Shown here piece by piece: positions 37,634 through 46,998 of a stretch of 64,000 nucleotides of DNA (the stretch's first letter is position 1; each line of letters begins with the position of its first letter). The translations under genes were made by a program, and so were the position numbers. The DNA comes from Candidatus Bathyarchaeia archaeon (GTDB taxonomy: Archaea; Thermoproteota; Bathyarchaeia; Bathyarchaeales; Bathycorpusculaceae), in the NCBI GenBank assembly GCA_038882955.1, contig JAVZNC010000005.1, positions 60,853-124,852 on the forward strand, written 5' to 3'. The notes beneath the pieces are model-generated. The model was not told where the DNA came from. It saw nothing but the letters and a program-made list of their open reading frames with translations, and did not search any database.

Positions 37634-39325
37634 TTGAACTTTTTTGATTTTTGCTGGTCAACTGCGCATCAAATAACACGCAAAACGTATAGTGAAATGA
37701 AAATCCTCTTACATGATGAGTTAAGGTATCCATACCTTGGAAGGGGTAGTAATGGCTATGTTCTCCACCTTATAAAACCAAGAAAACTGAATGAGAAATA
37801 CGCCTTTTTCCAAGGGCTAAAATTTAACCTTCAAAACCCAACGCATAAGAAGATTATCTGGTTTTTGTTCAAGGCTTCAGTTTATCACCTCTGCATGCAC
37901 TTGCAATTGTCAAATTTTGCAGCGTATTCAAAATGGGGGCGCGGCAAAAATCCGCATGTTGCAACTTTTGTCTTAAGCCTAGTTGAAGACGCAATAATAA
38001 ACAAGCGAATGGCAAACACTTTTCCATGGATGCAGCCAGAAATAGCATATGCAAACGCCATCTCGTTTCTCCGAATGAAAGAAGTTGATGCGCTACCAAA
38101 CGATTCATCACGGATTATGGCCTCGCTATTACAGAATTACAGTCTGGGAAAAGTTAAAGGAAAACTCGAAGATGACATGCTTACAGACGTTGAAGCAGCA
38201 ACATCCATTCTCAAGAGACTGGAAGAAAACGCAACCTTTGAAGGACGCTTGGATGCCGCTACAAAAGTTTATGATGCAATAAACGTTTACGGAGAAACAT
38301 TCGAAGTCCCGTCGCTATTGTACACGGAAAGTCATGGGACAAACGACATGTTCTATGAACCGCTGATACCTAAAGAGGAGGAAATCCAACAAATTTTAAG
38401 TGAGGCGCTACGCGCTCTAAGCACAGAAGCGCTCGGTGAAGAAAAATTAAATGTTGCTTTGCAAAGTTTGAAGGAAAGCGAGGCGCATCAAGCCCTAACC
38501 ACTTGGTGCGAATATGAAAAAGCAAAATCAAAAATTTTAAGCAATTACGTTGAAATTGGAAAAGGCACAAAGTTTGACGATTACGTTTTTCCAATAGAGG
38601 ATTACGCCGAGTTTCAGAGAAAACGAGAACTATTAAGCAGTCCGATAAGGCGAATACTGCATCAGTTAAGGATTCTTAAGAACGTTGGAGGAGATGATTT
38701 TAGACAAGAAAGCGGGTTCGTCGACTTACAAGAGGCTATACAGGTTATTGCAAGCAAAAGCCAGCGAACCGACATATTCGTTAGAGAAGAACTTCAAACA
38801 AGAGAAGACACGTGGTCAATTCTCGTAGATGCAAGCCACAGTCTAAGCCTGTTCAAAGGAGAGGTTCAAGGAATAGCCTTGTGCCTAGCCGAAGTTGCCA
38901 GAATGCTAATCCTAGATCAAAACTCTTGGGGGTTGTACGCTTTCAACAATAAGTTTTATGTTGTAAAAGATTTTTCGGAAAAGTATGACTCTCACGTGAA
39001 AGCCAGAATAGGAGGACTAGTTCACGGAGGCTTAACGTATCTACCGGACGCCGTTCTGTTAGCTGCGCAAGCACTTACGAAACGCCTTGAAGAATCAAAA
39101 ATCTTAGTAATTGTTTCAGACTTCTTTCCAGCGGGCTACGATGGCGCAGAAGAAAAGCTGAAGGAAACCATCAAAAATATCGAGAAGAGGGGCATAGGCA
39201 TGATAGGCATAGGCGTCAACAGCCGCGCAGTTAGGAATTATGTGCGTGTAAACTGCGTTGTTGAAGAGCCGTATGATCTTATGAAGAAGTTTACAAAGGC
39301 TTTTATGGAGTATAACTCTAGCTAG
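37634..39325 (+). CDS. von Willebrand factor A domain protein (NorD/CbbO-like partner)
   Basis: C-terminal MIDAS ILVDASHS...GGLTYLPDA...VIVSDFFP; directly follows the AAA gene. Confidence 0.87.
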   Translation: MNFFDFCWSTAHQITRKTYSEMKILLHDELRYPYLGRGSNGYVLHLIKPRKLNEKYAFFQGLKFNLQNPTHKKIIWFLFKASVYHLCMHLQLSNFAAYSKWGRGKNPHVATFVLSLVEDAIINKRMANTFPWMQPEIAYANAISFLRMKEVDALPNDSSRIMASLLQNYSLGKVKGKLEDDMLTDVEAATSILKRLEENATFEGRLDAATKVYDAINVYGETFEVPSLLYTESHGTNDMFYEPLIPKEEEIQQILSEALRALSTEALGEEKLNVALQSLKESEAHQALTTWCEYEKAKSKILSNYVEIGKGTKFDDYVFPIEDYAEFQRKRELLSSPIRRILHQLRILKNVGGDDFRQESGFVDLQEAIQVIASKSQRTDIFVREELQTREDTWSILVDASHSLSLFKGEVQGIALCLAEVARMLILDQNSWGLYAFNNKFYVVKDFSEKYDSHVKARIGGLVHGGLTYLPDAVLLAAQALTKRLEESKILVIVSDFFPAGYDGAEEKLKETIKNIEKRGIGMIGIGVNSRAVRNYVRVNCVVEEPYDLMKKFTKAFMEYNSS

Positions 39326-39845
39326 GCTGTTCTACGACGGAAAAGTTGGCTTCAAACTCGAACTTTTCCACAGTGCCAACATCTTTCTTTGGCTTGAAAA
39401 CTATTTTCTCTGGCACACCATCATGAATGTAGGTTATGAAAAGCAAATCTTTTCCCAATCCATAACGCTCAAGGTCTGCTATGGAGCTTTTCGCTTTCTC
39501 AAGCCTTTCAATCTTACTTTTAAGCTCTTCAGTAGCCTCAAACAATATTTCAGCCTCGCCAACATCGTCAGCGCAAACCATTAAATCCTTAAACTGCGCC
39601 CACTCCGATGAAAAACCCACGTTCTTTTCCTCCTTTTTCCCGCCTTTTCTACCACCAGTTTTCAAAACTTTCTGCAGTTCGGCAATTCTCTTGGCTTTTT
39701 CCTGATCCTTTGCGGATTCAGGATTCCTTAGGAGACTCCCTAGCCATTGGCTATAGTCTTCCAATAACATTTTGTATTGGCTCATTTGCGTTTCTATTGC
39801 CTCGCGAATTTCTTTAAGGGAATAAAAAGTTCGAATTTCAGTCAT
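39318..39845 (-). CDS. Hypothetical coiled-coil protein
   Basis: Likely start ATG 39845 (MTEIRTFYSLKEIRE); helical, charged. Confidence 0.7.
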   Translation of the reverse strand: MTEIRTFYSLKEIREAIETQMSQYKMLLEDYSQWLGSLLRNPESAKDQEKAKRIAELQKVLKTGGRKGGKKEEKNVGFSSEWAQFKDLMVCADDVGEAEILFEATEELKSKIERLEKAKSSIADLERYGLGKDLLFITYIHDGVPEKIVFKPKKDVGTVEKFEFEANFSVVEQPS

Positions 39846-39885
39846 AAGCCCATCCAAGGGTCGACCTCTCCCATAATGATGGTTC

Positions 39886-40557
39886 TTAACCTTGACCGCC
39901 TTCTTCCGCCACTGCTTCTTTAACAACATCCATCGTTTGTTCTTCCGCTGTGCTTTTTTCAACTTCCTTGCCGCCAACTATGGCTTTGGCGATATTCTTT
40001 AGCTCTCTCTTCACCTTTCCAAAGAAGTTGACGCGCGTACTTATCTTCTTTCTATAAAGCATTACCACTTTCGCGAGTTCCGGCATTATAGCCAACAAGA
40101 CTGCCATGACAATTTCTGGCGGGTACTCTGCAAGCGAAGCAGAGTTAACCTCGCCTTTCTCGTGAACTATTATTAGGTGGCACTCCTCATTCAAAATTAC
40201 CTTTTTAACTTGCCTCTTCAGTGGCAGACTTTTAGGCGGTATGTTAAAGGAGACGTTAAGTTTCTTTAAAATCTGTTTTAGTGAAGCGTGAAGTTCCTGC
40301 ACAAGGTTGTTTTCTTCCATTAAAAATTCGCTCAGCTGGAGTGTTTCCTCACTTATTGTTTTTAAAAGTTCCTGCAGTTTCTGCTCGACTTCGACTCTTG
40401 ATTTTTCTATTTGCTCTTCGCTTAGAACCTCAGCGCTTTCATCCGAGATTTGGATGGGATGAAAGAAGTAAGTTTCTTCAGTCGCCTCATTGTCTTGGTT
40501 TTCCGTCTTTGGCGGCTGTTCAGCATTCACTTTTGGTTTAGCTGGTTTTTCAGCCAT
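39886..40557 (-). CDS. Hypothetical acidic/coiled-coil protein
   Basis: ORF of about 223 aa with coiled-coil segments and a low-complexity N-terminus. Confidence 0.7.
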   Translation of the reverse strand: MAEKPAKPKVNAEQPPKTENQDNEATEETYFFHPIQISDESAEVLSEEQIEKSRVEVEQKLQELLKTISEETLQLSEFLMEENNLVQELHASLKQILKKLNVSFNIPPKSLPLKRQVKKVILNEECHLIIVHEKGEVNSASLAEYPPEIVMAVLLAIMPELAKVVMLYRKKISTRVNFFGKVKRELKNIAKAIVGGKEVEKSTAEEQTMDVVKEAVAEEGGQG

Positions 40558-40674
40558 AAACATCTTCTCTTTATATTCTTCGCTAAATTGGACCCAACAA
40601 CAAATCAGCGGCGCTCAAGATAATAGGGTTAGTATGTTGCCAATTGTTACGCACTAAACGAGGGTTAATAGCGA

Positions 40675-41033
40675 TTAATCATCATAGCTTGGCTTGTGCG
40701 GTTTAATCATCAGAAAAGCTAAAATGACGTACAGAAAAGCGCCAAACACTTGCCTAACAATGTCTGGTGCTTGCCAAAACCAGCTTGTTCCTCCATGAAA
40801 ATGCAGCCCAGCGATAAACCAGGCAAAGACAAAATCAACACATGTTTCTACGCCAGCAGCAACTTCGGCAGTCTAAAAACATGCGAGTTAAAGCTTAGCA
40901 GCGTATAGACTGGTATGTTTATAACGAAGACGAACAGCGTTAAACCAGCTGGTACGCCAAGGTTTTTCAACCAGTGATTGTTTTTTGGAAGTAGAAAACT
41001 TTTGAGGGTTATGTTTAAACCTAGCCTCTGCAT
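40675..41033 (-). pseudogene. Probable frameshifted small membrane protein gene
   Basis: The frame from ATG 41033 stops at 40848; a second frame beginning near 40873 continues TAEVAAGVETCVDFVFAWFIAGLHF...VFGAFLYVILAFLMIKPHKPSYDD to TAA at 40675. Confidence 0.5.
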
Positions 41034-41107
41034 CCTTTCTCCTCCTCTGCAGTTTTATTATATTGCTATGTTAGTGTTTAAAGCGTTTTTGAAGGTTGAT
41101 TTCTAAT

Positions 41108-41166
41108 CCATATTTTGAATTCAGAAGTATAAAATATGGCGAAAGCCGATTCGATTTCTGAATCGG
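41108..41166. promoter_or_regulatory. Two perfect inverted repeats upstream of the TrmB gene (candidate operators)
   Basis: CCATATTTT-N14-AAAATATGG (41108-41139) and CCGATTC-N7-GAATCGG (41146-41166). Confidence 0.5.
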
Positions 41167-41191
41167 ACAAAAAAGAGGAGTAAGGCTACAA

Positions 41192-42073
41192 GTGGTGCAA
41201 ATGGAATTATCAATAGAAAAACCCGAAAACATCATGAAACTCTATGATGAAACAACAGGCTTATGGAGGTTCGTAAAAACAGATGCTGGCCCATCCAAAG
41301 CCATGGAAACAATTGAAAAAACCCTACACAGGCTTGGGCTTTCAAAAAACGAGGTTAAAGTTTACGTTTACATCGCGCGAACTGGTGAGCATAAGGCAAG
41401 CGAGATTTCTGAGGCTTTGTCGCTTCATAGAACCGAAACTTATAGGATACTGCGCGATTTGGAGAAAAGAGGACTTGTTTCATCCGTTTTTGAGAAACCG
41501 CTAAAATTCATAGCCACACCATTCGAAAAGGCTTTGGACATACTCATAGAAACCAAAAAAATGAAGATCAGCCTTCTAGAAAAGAGAAAGAAAAACCTGG
41601 TAGACTTGTGGTTGACTCTCCCAAAGCCAGAAGCCGAGAACGAGAGGAAAGAGGTTTTCCAGATACTTGAAGGAGAAGAACAGATAAGTCTAAAAGCGGA
41701 TGAAATCGTAAGCAATTCATCCAAGGAAATATTCGTTTTCACGTCTGAACATGACATACCGAACCTCTATCATTCTGGGCTTCTGGACAAGCTTGAAAGA
41801 AAGTCGAAAGACAACACAAACGTTCAACTGTTAACCAACTATTCGCCAAAAAGCTGCTTCTTCATTGAAAAAATAAAACTGAAAAAGGCAAAGTACTCAC
41901 TTTCAGACGCTGAAGGACTGCCAACATTCATACTCGCAGACAGCGAGCAACTACTCATGTTCATTAGAAAGAACAACGGGAAGAAACGCGTCGCAGCACT
42001 ATGGACAAACTATGACGCTTTTGTAAAAGCTTTCAAAACGCTCTTCGGCGAATTGTGGAACAAAGAAGCCTAA
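41192..42073 (+). CDS. TrmB-family transcriptional regulator
   Basis: LGLSKNEVKVY...ASEISEALSLHRTETYRILRDLEKRGLV...PLKF wHTH; C-terminal effector domain. Confidence 0.9.
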   Translation: MVQMELSIEKPENIMKLYDETTGLWRFVKTDAGPSKAMETIEKTLHRLGLSKNEVKVYVYIARTGEHKASEISEALSLHRTETYRILRDLEKRGLVSSVFEKPLKFIATPFEKALDILIETKKMKISLLEKRKKNLVDLWLTLPKPEAENERKEVFQILEGEEQISLKADEIVSNSSKEIFVFTSEHDIPNLYHSGLLDKLERKSKDNTNVQLLTNYSPKSCFFIEKIKLKKAKYSLSDAEGLPTFILADSEQLLMFIRKNNGKKRVAALWTNYDAFVKAFKTLFGELWNKEA

Positions 42074-43575
42074 GCCTCTCTACGCATCCTCTTTTTAAAT
42101 TCTCTAAAAATTGTGAAGGTCAGGTTGCGGGCCTCAGCATCAATTACCAACAAAATTAGCACATAAATTATTCCGCCGATGGCCGTCGTAATTAACGTGA
42201 GCATTATTGTTGTTGGATGTGGAATTAAACGCAAAACAATCGCCATAACAGCAGAAGCAAATATGTATTTTGCAATGTTTTTGTATGGCACAATCACTTT
42301 GGCGGCTCTGCGTACGATTGCATATAGAACTATGAACATGGCAAAATGCGCCGCCGTATTGATTAGCACGACGGATGTTGTTATGAACAAAGGATTGTTT
42401 TGTGCAATGTTGTTTATGACGTAAAATGTTGTTGGCAACGTTATTGCCGAATGCGCGTATGGCAGCGAAAAAACGATGAAGAGTTTGCTTTTGGCAACCT
42501 GTCTAAAAGGAATTTCAGCCTTCTCGTCCACCTTCTCAATTCCAAGCAGTATATAATAGTATATGGACGATAGCGTGAGAATTAAAGAGTCAACAGCCAA
42601 AGTTATTATGACTGGTTCTGCAACAGCATATCTAACATCTTGTATTATGAGGTAGGAGTCCGCCAACCCTATAATCCCCGCAGTCATGGGAACTGCAAAC
42701 ATCAAAACCATTTTAAGCGAGGTTGTGGCATCTTCTAGGTTATTTTCTGCTAGAAGTTTTGGGTATAACGCGAAGGCCAACATTGAAGAGTATGTAACGA
42801 CAGTCGCGACAAACGTTGACGCCGTATAATAGCCCTGCGCTGATTGCCCGCCATAATGGGACATCATAAGAAAAACCGAAGCAGCTATTCTGTCGCCCAA
42901 AATGTTGTACAAATTGAAAGCTGAACCTTTTAACCATTCCTTTACATAGCCAAAGTTTATTTTTTGCTTAAATTCGGTTATTAACACCTTGAAATAGAAC
43001 ATTATCCTAACCGCGAAAGTCATCACAACGCTTAAAATTGCACCAAAGAGCGATTGCTGAAGAACAATCATAAAAATAAAGCCAAGGAAAACTTTGGCGA
43101 TATCTCCGACAAACAAGCCATAACCCACATACTGCGGTTGCTGAGCTTGTAGGCAAGATTCTAAAACGTTTATCAGATATGTTTCAACTATCTGCAACGC
43201 GGCAATTGCATAGACAAGCGTGTAGGCTTCTGCATTAAAAATGGATGTAAGCAATGGAATCAGCGCGACGTAAATTATTGTTGCGACAATCGCCACAAGC
43301 GTGTTCGCTAATATGCCAGTCTTTACGGCTCCCTCTTTTTCTCTTGCTACAAAACGCATAGCCCAGAAGGGGATAACCCCAGAAACCAACGTGAAATAGG
43401 GTAGCAAAATTTGGTTCAAGTTTCCCCATACGCCATACTCATCAATGGTGGGAGTTATCACTACAGAACGCACCACAATAAGGTTAAAGGCAAGTCCGGT
43501 GATTACGCTGACAAGTTTAGCTGCGAAAACTACGAATCCAGAATACTGCAAGGCGATTTTTTTCTTAGCCAACAA
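42070..43575 (-). CDS. Oligosaccharide flippase-like (MOP superfamily) membrane protein
   Basis: About 14 hydrophobic segments, EYGVWG and GYY..S patterns, located in a glycan cluster. Confidence 0.8.
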   Translation of the reverse strand: MLAKKKIALQYSGFVVFAAKLVSVITGLAFNLIVVRSVVITPTIDEYGVWGNLNQILLPYFTLVSGVIPFWAMRFVAREKEGAVKTGILANTLVAIVATIIYVALIPLLTSIFNAEAYTLVYAIAALQIVETYLINVLESCLQAQQPQYVGYGLFVGDIAKVFLGFIFMIVLQQSLFGAILSVVMTFAVRIMFYFKVLITEFKQKINFGYVKEWLKGSAFNLYNILGDRIAASVFLMMSHYGGQSAQGYYTASTFVATVVTYSSMLAFALYPKLLAENNLEDATTSLKMVLMFAVPMTAGIIGLADSYLIIQDVRYAVAEPVIITLAVDSLILTLSSIYYYILLGIEKVDEKAEIPFRQVAKSKLFIVFSLPYAHSAITLPTTFYVINNIAQNNPLFITTSVVLINTAAHFAMFIVLYAIVRRAAKVIVPYKNIAKYIFASAVMAIVLRLIPHPTTIMLTLITTAIGGIIYVLILLVIDAEARNLTFTIFREFKKRMRREA

Positions 43576-43591
43576 TTCACCCTTTAAATGT

Positions 43592-45085
43592 TTAGAGTTT
43601 GAGATGAACCTTAATCCTCATTTTTGCGCGGCTCACCCAATTGTAAACTGGAATCAGCGGATACTTCACCTTCTGAGGCAGCATATCCTTTATTTCCCTA
43701 TGTAGCCCTAACTTTACAGCGATTCTACCCTTTCTTGTTAACGGTATATAATACCGGTTTAACTGAAACTGTGTAAACCCATTGTTTTGTTTAAACCTGT
43801 CAAGTGACGGGTGATTTCCCATTCTGCCATACATTATCCAAGGAACGTTTTCCTTTGCGCAAAATTCAACAGTTTTTGCTATTAACGCATTGTTTACAGC
43901 TTTATCCCAATGCGCTTGCAGAGAAAGAATCTGAGCTATAACAGCGATTTTATCACCGTGAACAAGCTGCACAAAACCAACAAGCTCATCTTGCAAGTAA
44001 GCGCCTATAAATGTGGAACTTTTCGATGAAAACACCATGTTTTTAACTGCTTCTAGCGGCATTCCATAATGGGGAAAACCCCTCTCCTGCCTTATTGGAG
44101 TTTCATTGTAAATTTTCCATATTCCCTCAGCAAGCCTTTCATCAGCCTCCACGACTTGTGTTTTTATCCCGCTTTTTTCAGCCTTTCGAATCATGTTACG
44201 GGTTTTCTTACCTATGTTTTTCCACCAATCCTCGAACGATGTAACCCGCAAAATTGCGATATTATCCGTTCCAACCACCCAGTTGCTCGGCTTGTTCGGT
44301 AATTTTGAGCACCATCCTCTTTCTATGAAAGTGAGTATGTCAACGCCTCTCTGCAGTAATTTTTCTAAAAATTCGTCTGTTAGAACGATGTCCCTCTCAT
44401 ATTCCTTGTTGTCTCTCGCGATTGTGAAGAATACTTTTTTGCGTAATGTCAACGTCTCAAGTTCCTTTTCCACTTCCAAAATTCTCCTCAGCGTCTCATA
44501 AAATGGTCCTCTATAATTTATTTTTCCTCTTTGAAAAAGCCATATTGGATGGATATGCAGGACATGCCCACATGAGACCGCTTTTTCCGCAATTTTTACA
44601 GCTTGTTCTGGAGGGTAAGAGTGGCATATGATGTCCAAACCCAATGTTTTAAACTGGTAAAAAGATTGCAGTGGAAAATCTTTGGGGATTGGCGGCGCCT
44701 TATATTTCCATCGTCGCCACATCACTCTTGCGAATAAGCGTGCAGTTCCATGAACAGTGTAATAATTTATTTTTCTTCCAGTCTTTTCCTCAAGAAGCCT
44801 CAGCTCTCCATATGGGTTGTTTGCTATGTGTAACGCAATTTCATGCTTACTATTATCAAGCATTTTTAGCAATTCCGCGTCGGGAATAGTCTTTGGGGTG
44901 AAAAACCAGTACGCCTTAACATCCCTCGGCGATTCATTAATCATCCTTGCAATTATCTTCGAGTTTTTAAGGTAGTCCCTTCCAAAGTTTATGCCAAAGG
45001 CTGTGTAAAGGAAGCTTCTTATCCTCGAAGGGTAAGGGTAGTCAACATCTATTCTAATTGTTAACAATGTTTTCTCCTTTACCAT
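43592..45085 (-). CDS. Fusion of a polysaccharide-deacetylase-like domain and a GNAT/FemAB-like domain
   Basis: N-terminal RIDVD...HEIALH...HG...LHIHP; C-terminal WWKNIGKKTRNMIRKAEKSG...IGAY...LDRFKQNNGF. Confidence 0.7.
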   Translation of the reverse strand: MVKEKTLLTIRIDVDYPYPSRIRSFLYTAFGINFGRDYLKNSKIIARMINESPRDVKAYWFFTPKTIPDAELLKMLDNSKHEIALHIANNPYGELRLLEEKTGRKINYYTVHGTARLFARVMWRRWKYKAPPIPKDFPLQSFYQFKTLGLDIICHSYPPEQAVKIAEKAVSCGHVLHIHPIWLFQRGKINYRGPFYETLRRILEVEKELETLTLRKKVFFTIARDNKEYERDIVLTDEFLEKLLQRGVDILTFIERGWCSKLPNKPSNWVVGTDNIAILRVTSFEDWWKNIGKKTRNMIRKAEKSGIKTQVVEADERLAEGIWKIYNETPIRQERGFPHYGMPLEAVKNMVFSSKSSTFIGAYLQDELVGFVQLVHGDKIAVIAQILSLQAHWDKAVNNALIAKTVEFCAKENVPWIMYGRMGNHPSLDRFKQNNGFTQFQLNRYYIPLTRKGRIAVKLGLHREIKDMLPQKVKYPLIPVYNWVSRAKMRIKVHLKL

Positions 45086-45133
45086 TCTACGAAATGTAAT
45101 CAAGAAAATATTTAAGTGTAAGCTGCGCCCGTC

Positions 45134-46069
45134 TTATTCAAAATTTCCAATTGCCTCAAGATATGTTTGGTAAATCGCCCTTGCTGCCTCTTTTATAACC
45201 GTCTTTTCGGCTTCAGAAAGCTTCCCATACAAGGACGAGCCAATAGCGCTTCCAAGCTTGACGGGCATTCCAACAAAAACTGGTTCGGATATTCCCTCAA
45301 ACTTCATGGGCGTAGCTACGGATAAAATTTCGCCAGTATTTTTTACAATAGCTCTTACGATATCCCTAAATGAGGCAGCTGGACCATACTCTGTTCCACC
45401 AATATAGTCTATTATCATCTTCGAAACAGATTTCACATAAACCTCTATTTCCTCCTTGTTCAACTCTTTATTTCTTGAACGAACATATTTATCCACGGAC
45501 GTATCGCCAATCTCAACCGTTGACCACAAAATTACTGCGGCAACGCCATGTTCCCCTCCAACCCACCCCCTAACGTCGGAAACGGGTACCTTCAGTCTTT
45601 CCGCCAGTTTAGACCTAAACCTTAAAGATTCAAGGTTTGTTCCAGTGCTGATCACGAATTCTGCCTTTGAATATTTTTTGCAGACCATCGCCATGGCATC
45701 AACGGGATTCGTGATTACAACATATTTTGCGCCAGGATTTCTTGGAGCTGTAACTTCTGCAATATACCTCACCATGTTCGCGTTTTGAACAGCCAAATCC
45801 CGTCTACTCATCTTAACGCCTGGAATCCTAGGGTTACCAGCAGATATCAGAATTATATCTGCGTTGCAAACGTCTTCGTCGCGCTCACAAGAATTTATTT
45901 CCACGTCGGTTCCCAAACTCGCCGTAACATGTTTCAGTTCTTCGGCAAAGGCTGCCGCAAGCCCAGGTTTTGTGTCGCATACCGTTATCGTGTCCGCTAG
46001 TCCCGTGCACATTATTGTGTAGATTGTTGGTCTTCCTACCCGTCCTGTTCCAATTTGGGCTATGTGCAA
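45134..46069 (-). CDS. LDH/MDH-family NAD-dependent dehydrogenase (malate dehydrogenase-like)
   Basis: GTGRVG, SAGNPRIPG..SRRDL..N, ITNPVD, LESLR, GEHG. Confidence 0.88.
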   Translation of the reverse strand: MHIAQIGTGRVGRPTIYTIMCTGLADTITVCDTKPGLAAAFAEELKHVTASLGTDVEINSCERDEDVCNADIILISAGNPRIPGVKMSRRDLAVQNANMVRYIAEVTAPRNPGAKYVVITNPVDAMAMVCKKYSKAEFVISTGTNLESLRFRSKLAERLKVPVSDVRGWVGGEHGVAAVILWSTVEIGDTSVDKYVRSRNKELNKEEIEVYVKSVSKMIIDYIGGTEYGPAASFRDIVRAIVKNTGEILSVATPMKFEGISEPVFVGMPVKLGSAIGSSLYGKLSEAEKTVIKEAARAIYQTYLEAIGNFE

Positions 46070-46084
46070 GCGGCTTCCTCGCGT

Positions 46085-46939
46085 TTATATATGTCCTTTC
46101 TCGGTTAGGTATTCGCGGAGGGCGTCTTTCCAACTGCGCATTACTATTCCATACCGTGGAAGCCTTGTGCTTTTTAGGGCTGAGAATTGCGGTCTCTTTG
46201 CCTTCATTTGTAATTGCTGGGTTTTTATTGGCTCCAGGTTTGGGTTTAACCCGGTAATTTTGAAGATTTCTTTGGCGAACTCGAACCATGAGCAGTAGTC
46301 GCTGTTTGTTGCGTGATAAACCCCGTATGGAACTTTTAACTCTATCACTTTTTTGATTGTTTCCGCGGCGTCTCTTGTGTATGTAGGAGACATCCACATG
46401 TCGTCAACAACTTTTATGGGCTCGTTTGCCTTGGCTTTTGCAATCATTGTTTCAACGAAGTTACCACCCTTGCCGCTTGCCCCAGCCGCACCGAACAAGC
46501 TTGCAACACGAATAATGTAGTGTTTTGGATTTTGTTTTGTGTAGAGTTCTCCAGCCAATTTCGCGATTCCATAAGTGTTTATGGGATTTGGAGCATCGTC
46601 TTCAGTGTACGGTTCGCCTTTAGAACCATCAAACACATAGTCTGTACTTATAAAAACTGTTGCTGCTCCAACATCTTTTGAAACTGCAGCTACGTTTTTT
46701 GCACCTATCGCGTTTACCGCAAAAGTTTTTAAGGGCTCTTCTTCGCATTGGTCAACTTTAATGAATGCAGCAGTGTTGATGACAACATCTGGGTAATGTT
46801 CTCTTATGCTTTGGCAGCTTTTATAGTCTGTTACCTCAATTTCTTTATGTGTTAAACCTATAGTTTCGTGTTCCCGCTTTAACATTTTCATGAGGTCTGT
46901 GCCAAGTTGTCCAGTTGAACCTATGACAATTATTTTCAT
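46085..46939 (-). CDS. rmlD: dTDP-4-dehydrorhamnose reductase
   Basis: GSTGQLG, NTAA..KVD.CE, ISTDYVFDG, YGIAKLAGE, SPTY. Confidence 0.95.
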   Translation of the reverse strand: MKIIVIGSTGQLGTDLMKMLKREHETIGLTHKEIEVTDYKSCQSIREHYPDVVINTAAFIKVDQCEEEPLKTFAVNAIGAKNVAAVSKDVGAATVFISTDYVFDGSKGEPYTEDDAPNPINTYGIAKLAGELYTKQNPKHYIIRVASLFGAAGASGKGGNFVETMIAKAKANEPIKVVDDMWMSPTYTRDAAETIKKVIELKVPYGVYHATNSDYCSWFEFAKEIFKITGLNPNLEPIKTQQLQMKAKRPQFSALKSTRLPRYGIVMRSWKDALREYLTEKGHI

Positions 46940-46998
46940 GGATCCTGTCCACTCAAACATTTTTTACCGTATTTAATCGGTTTCTCGTCCTGCAAGGA

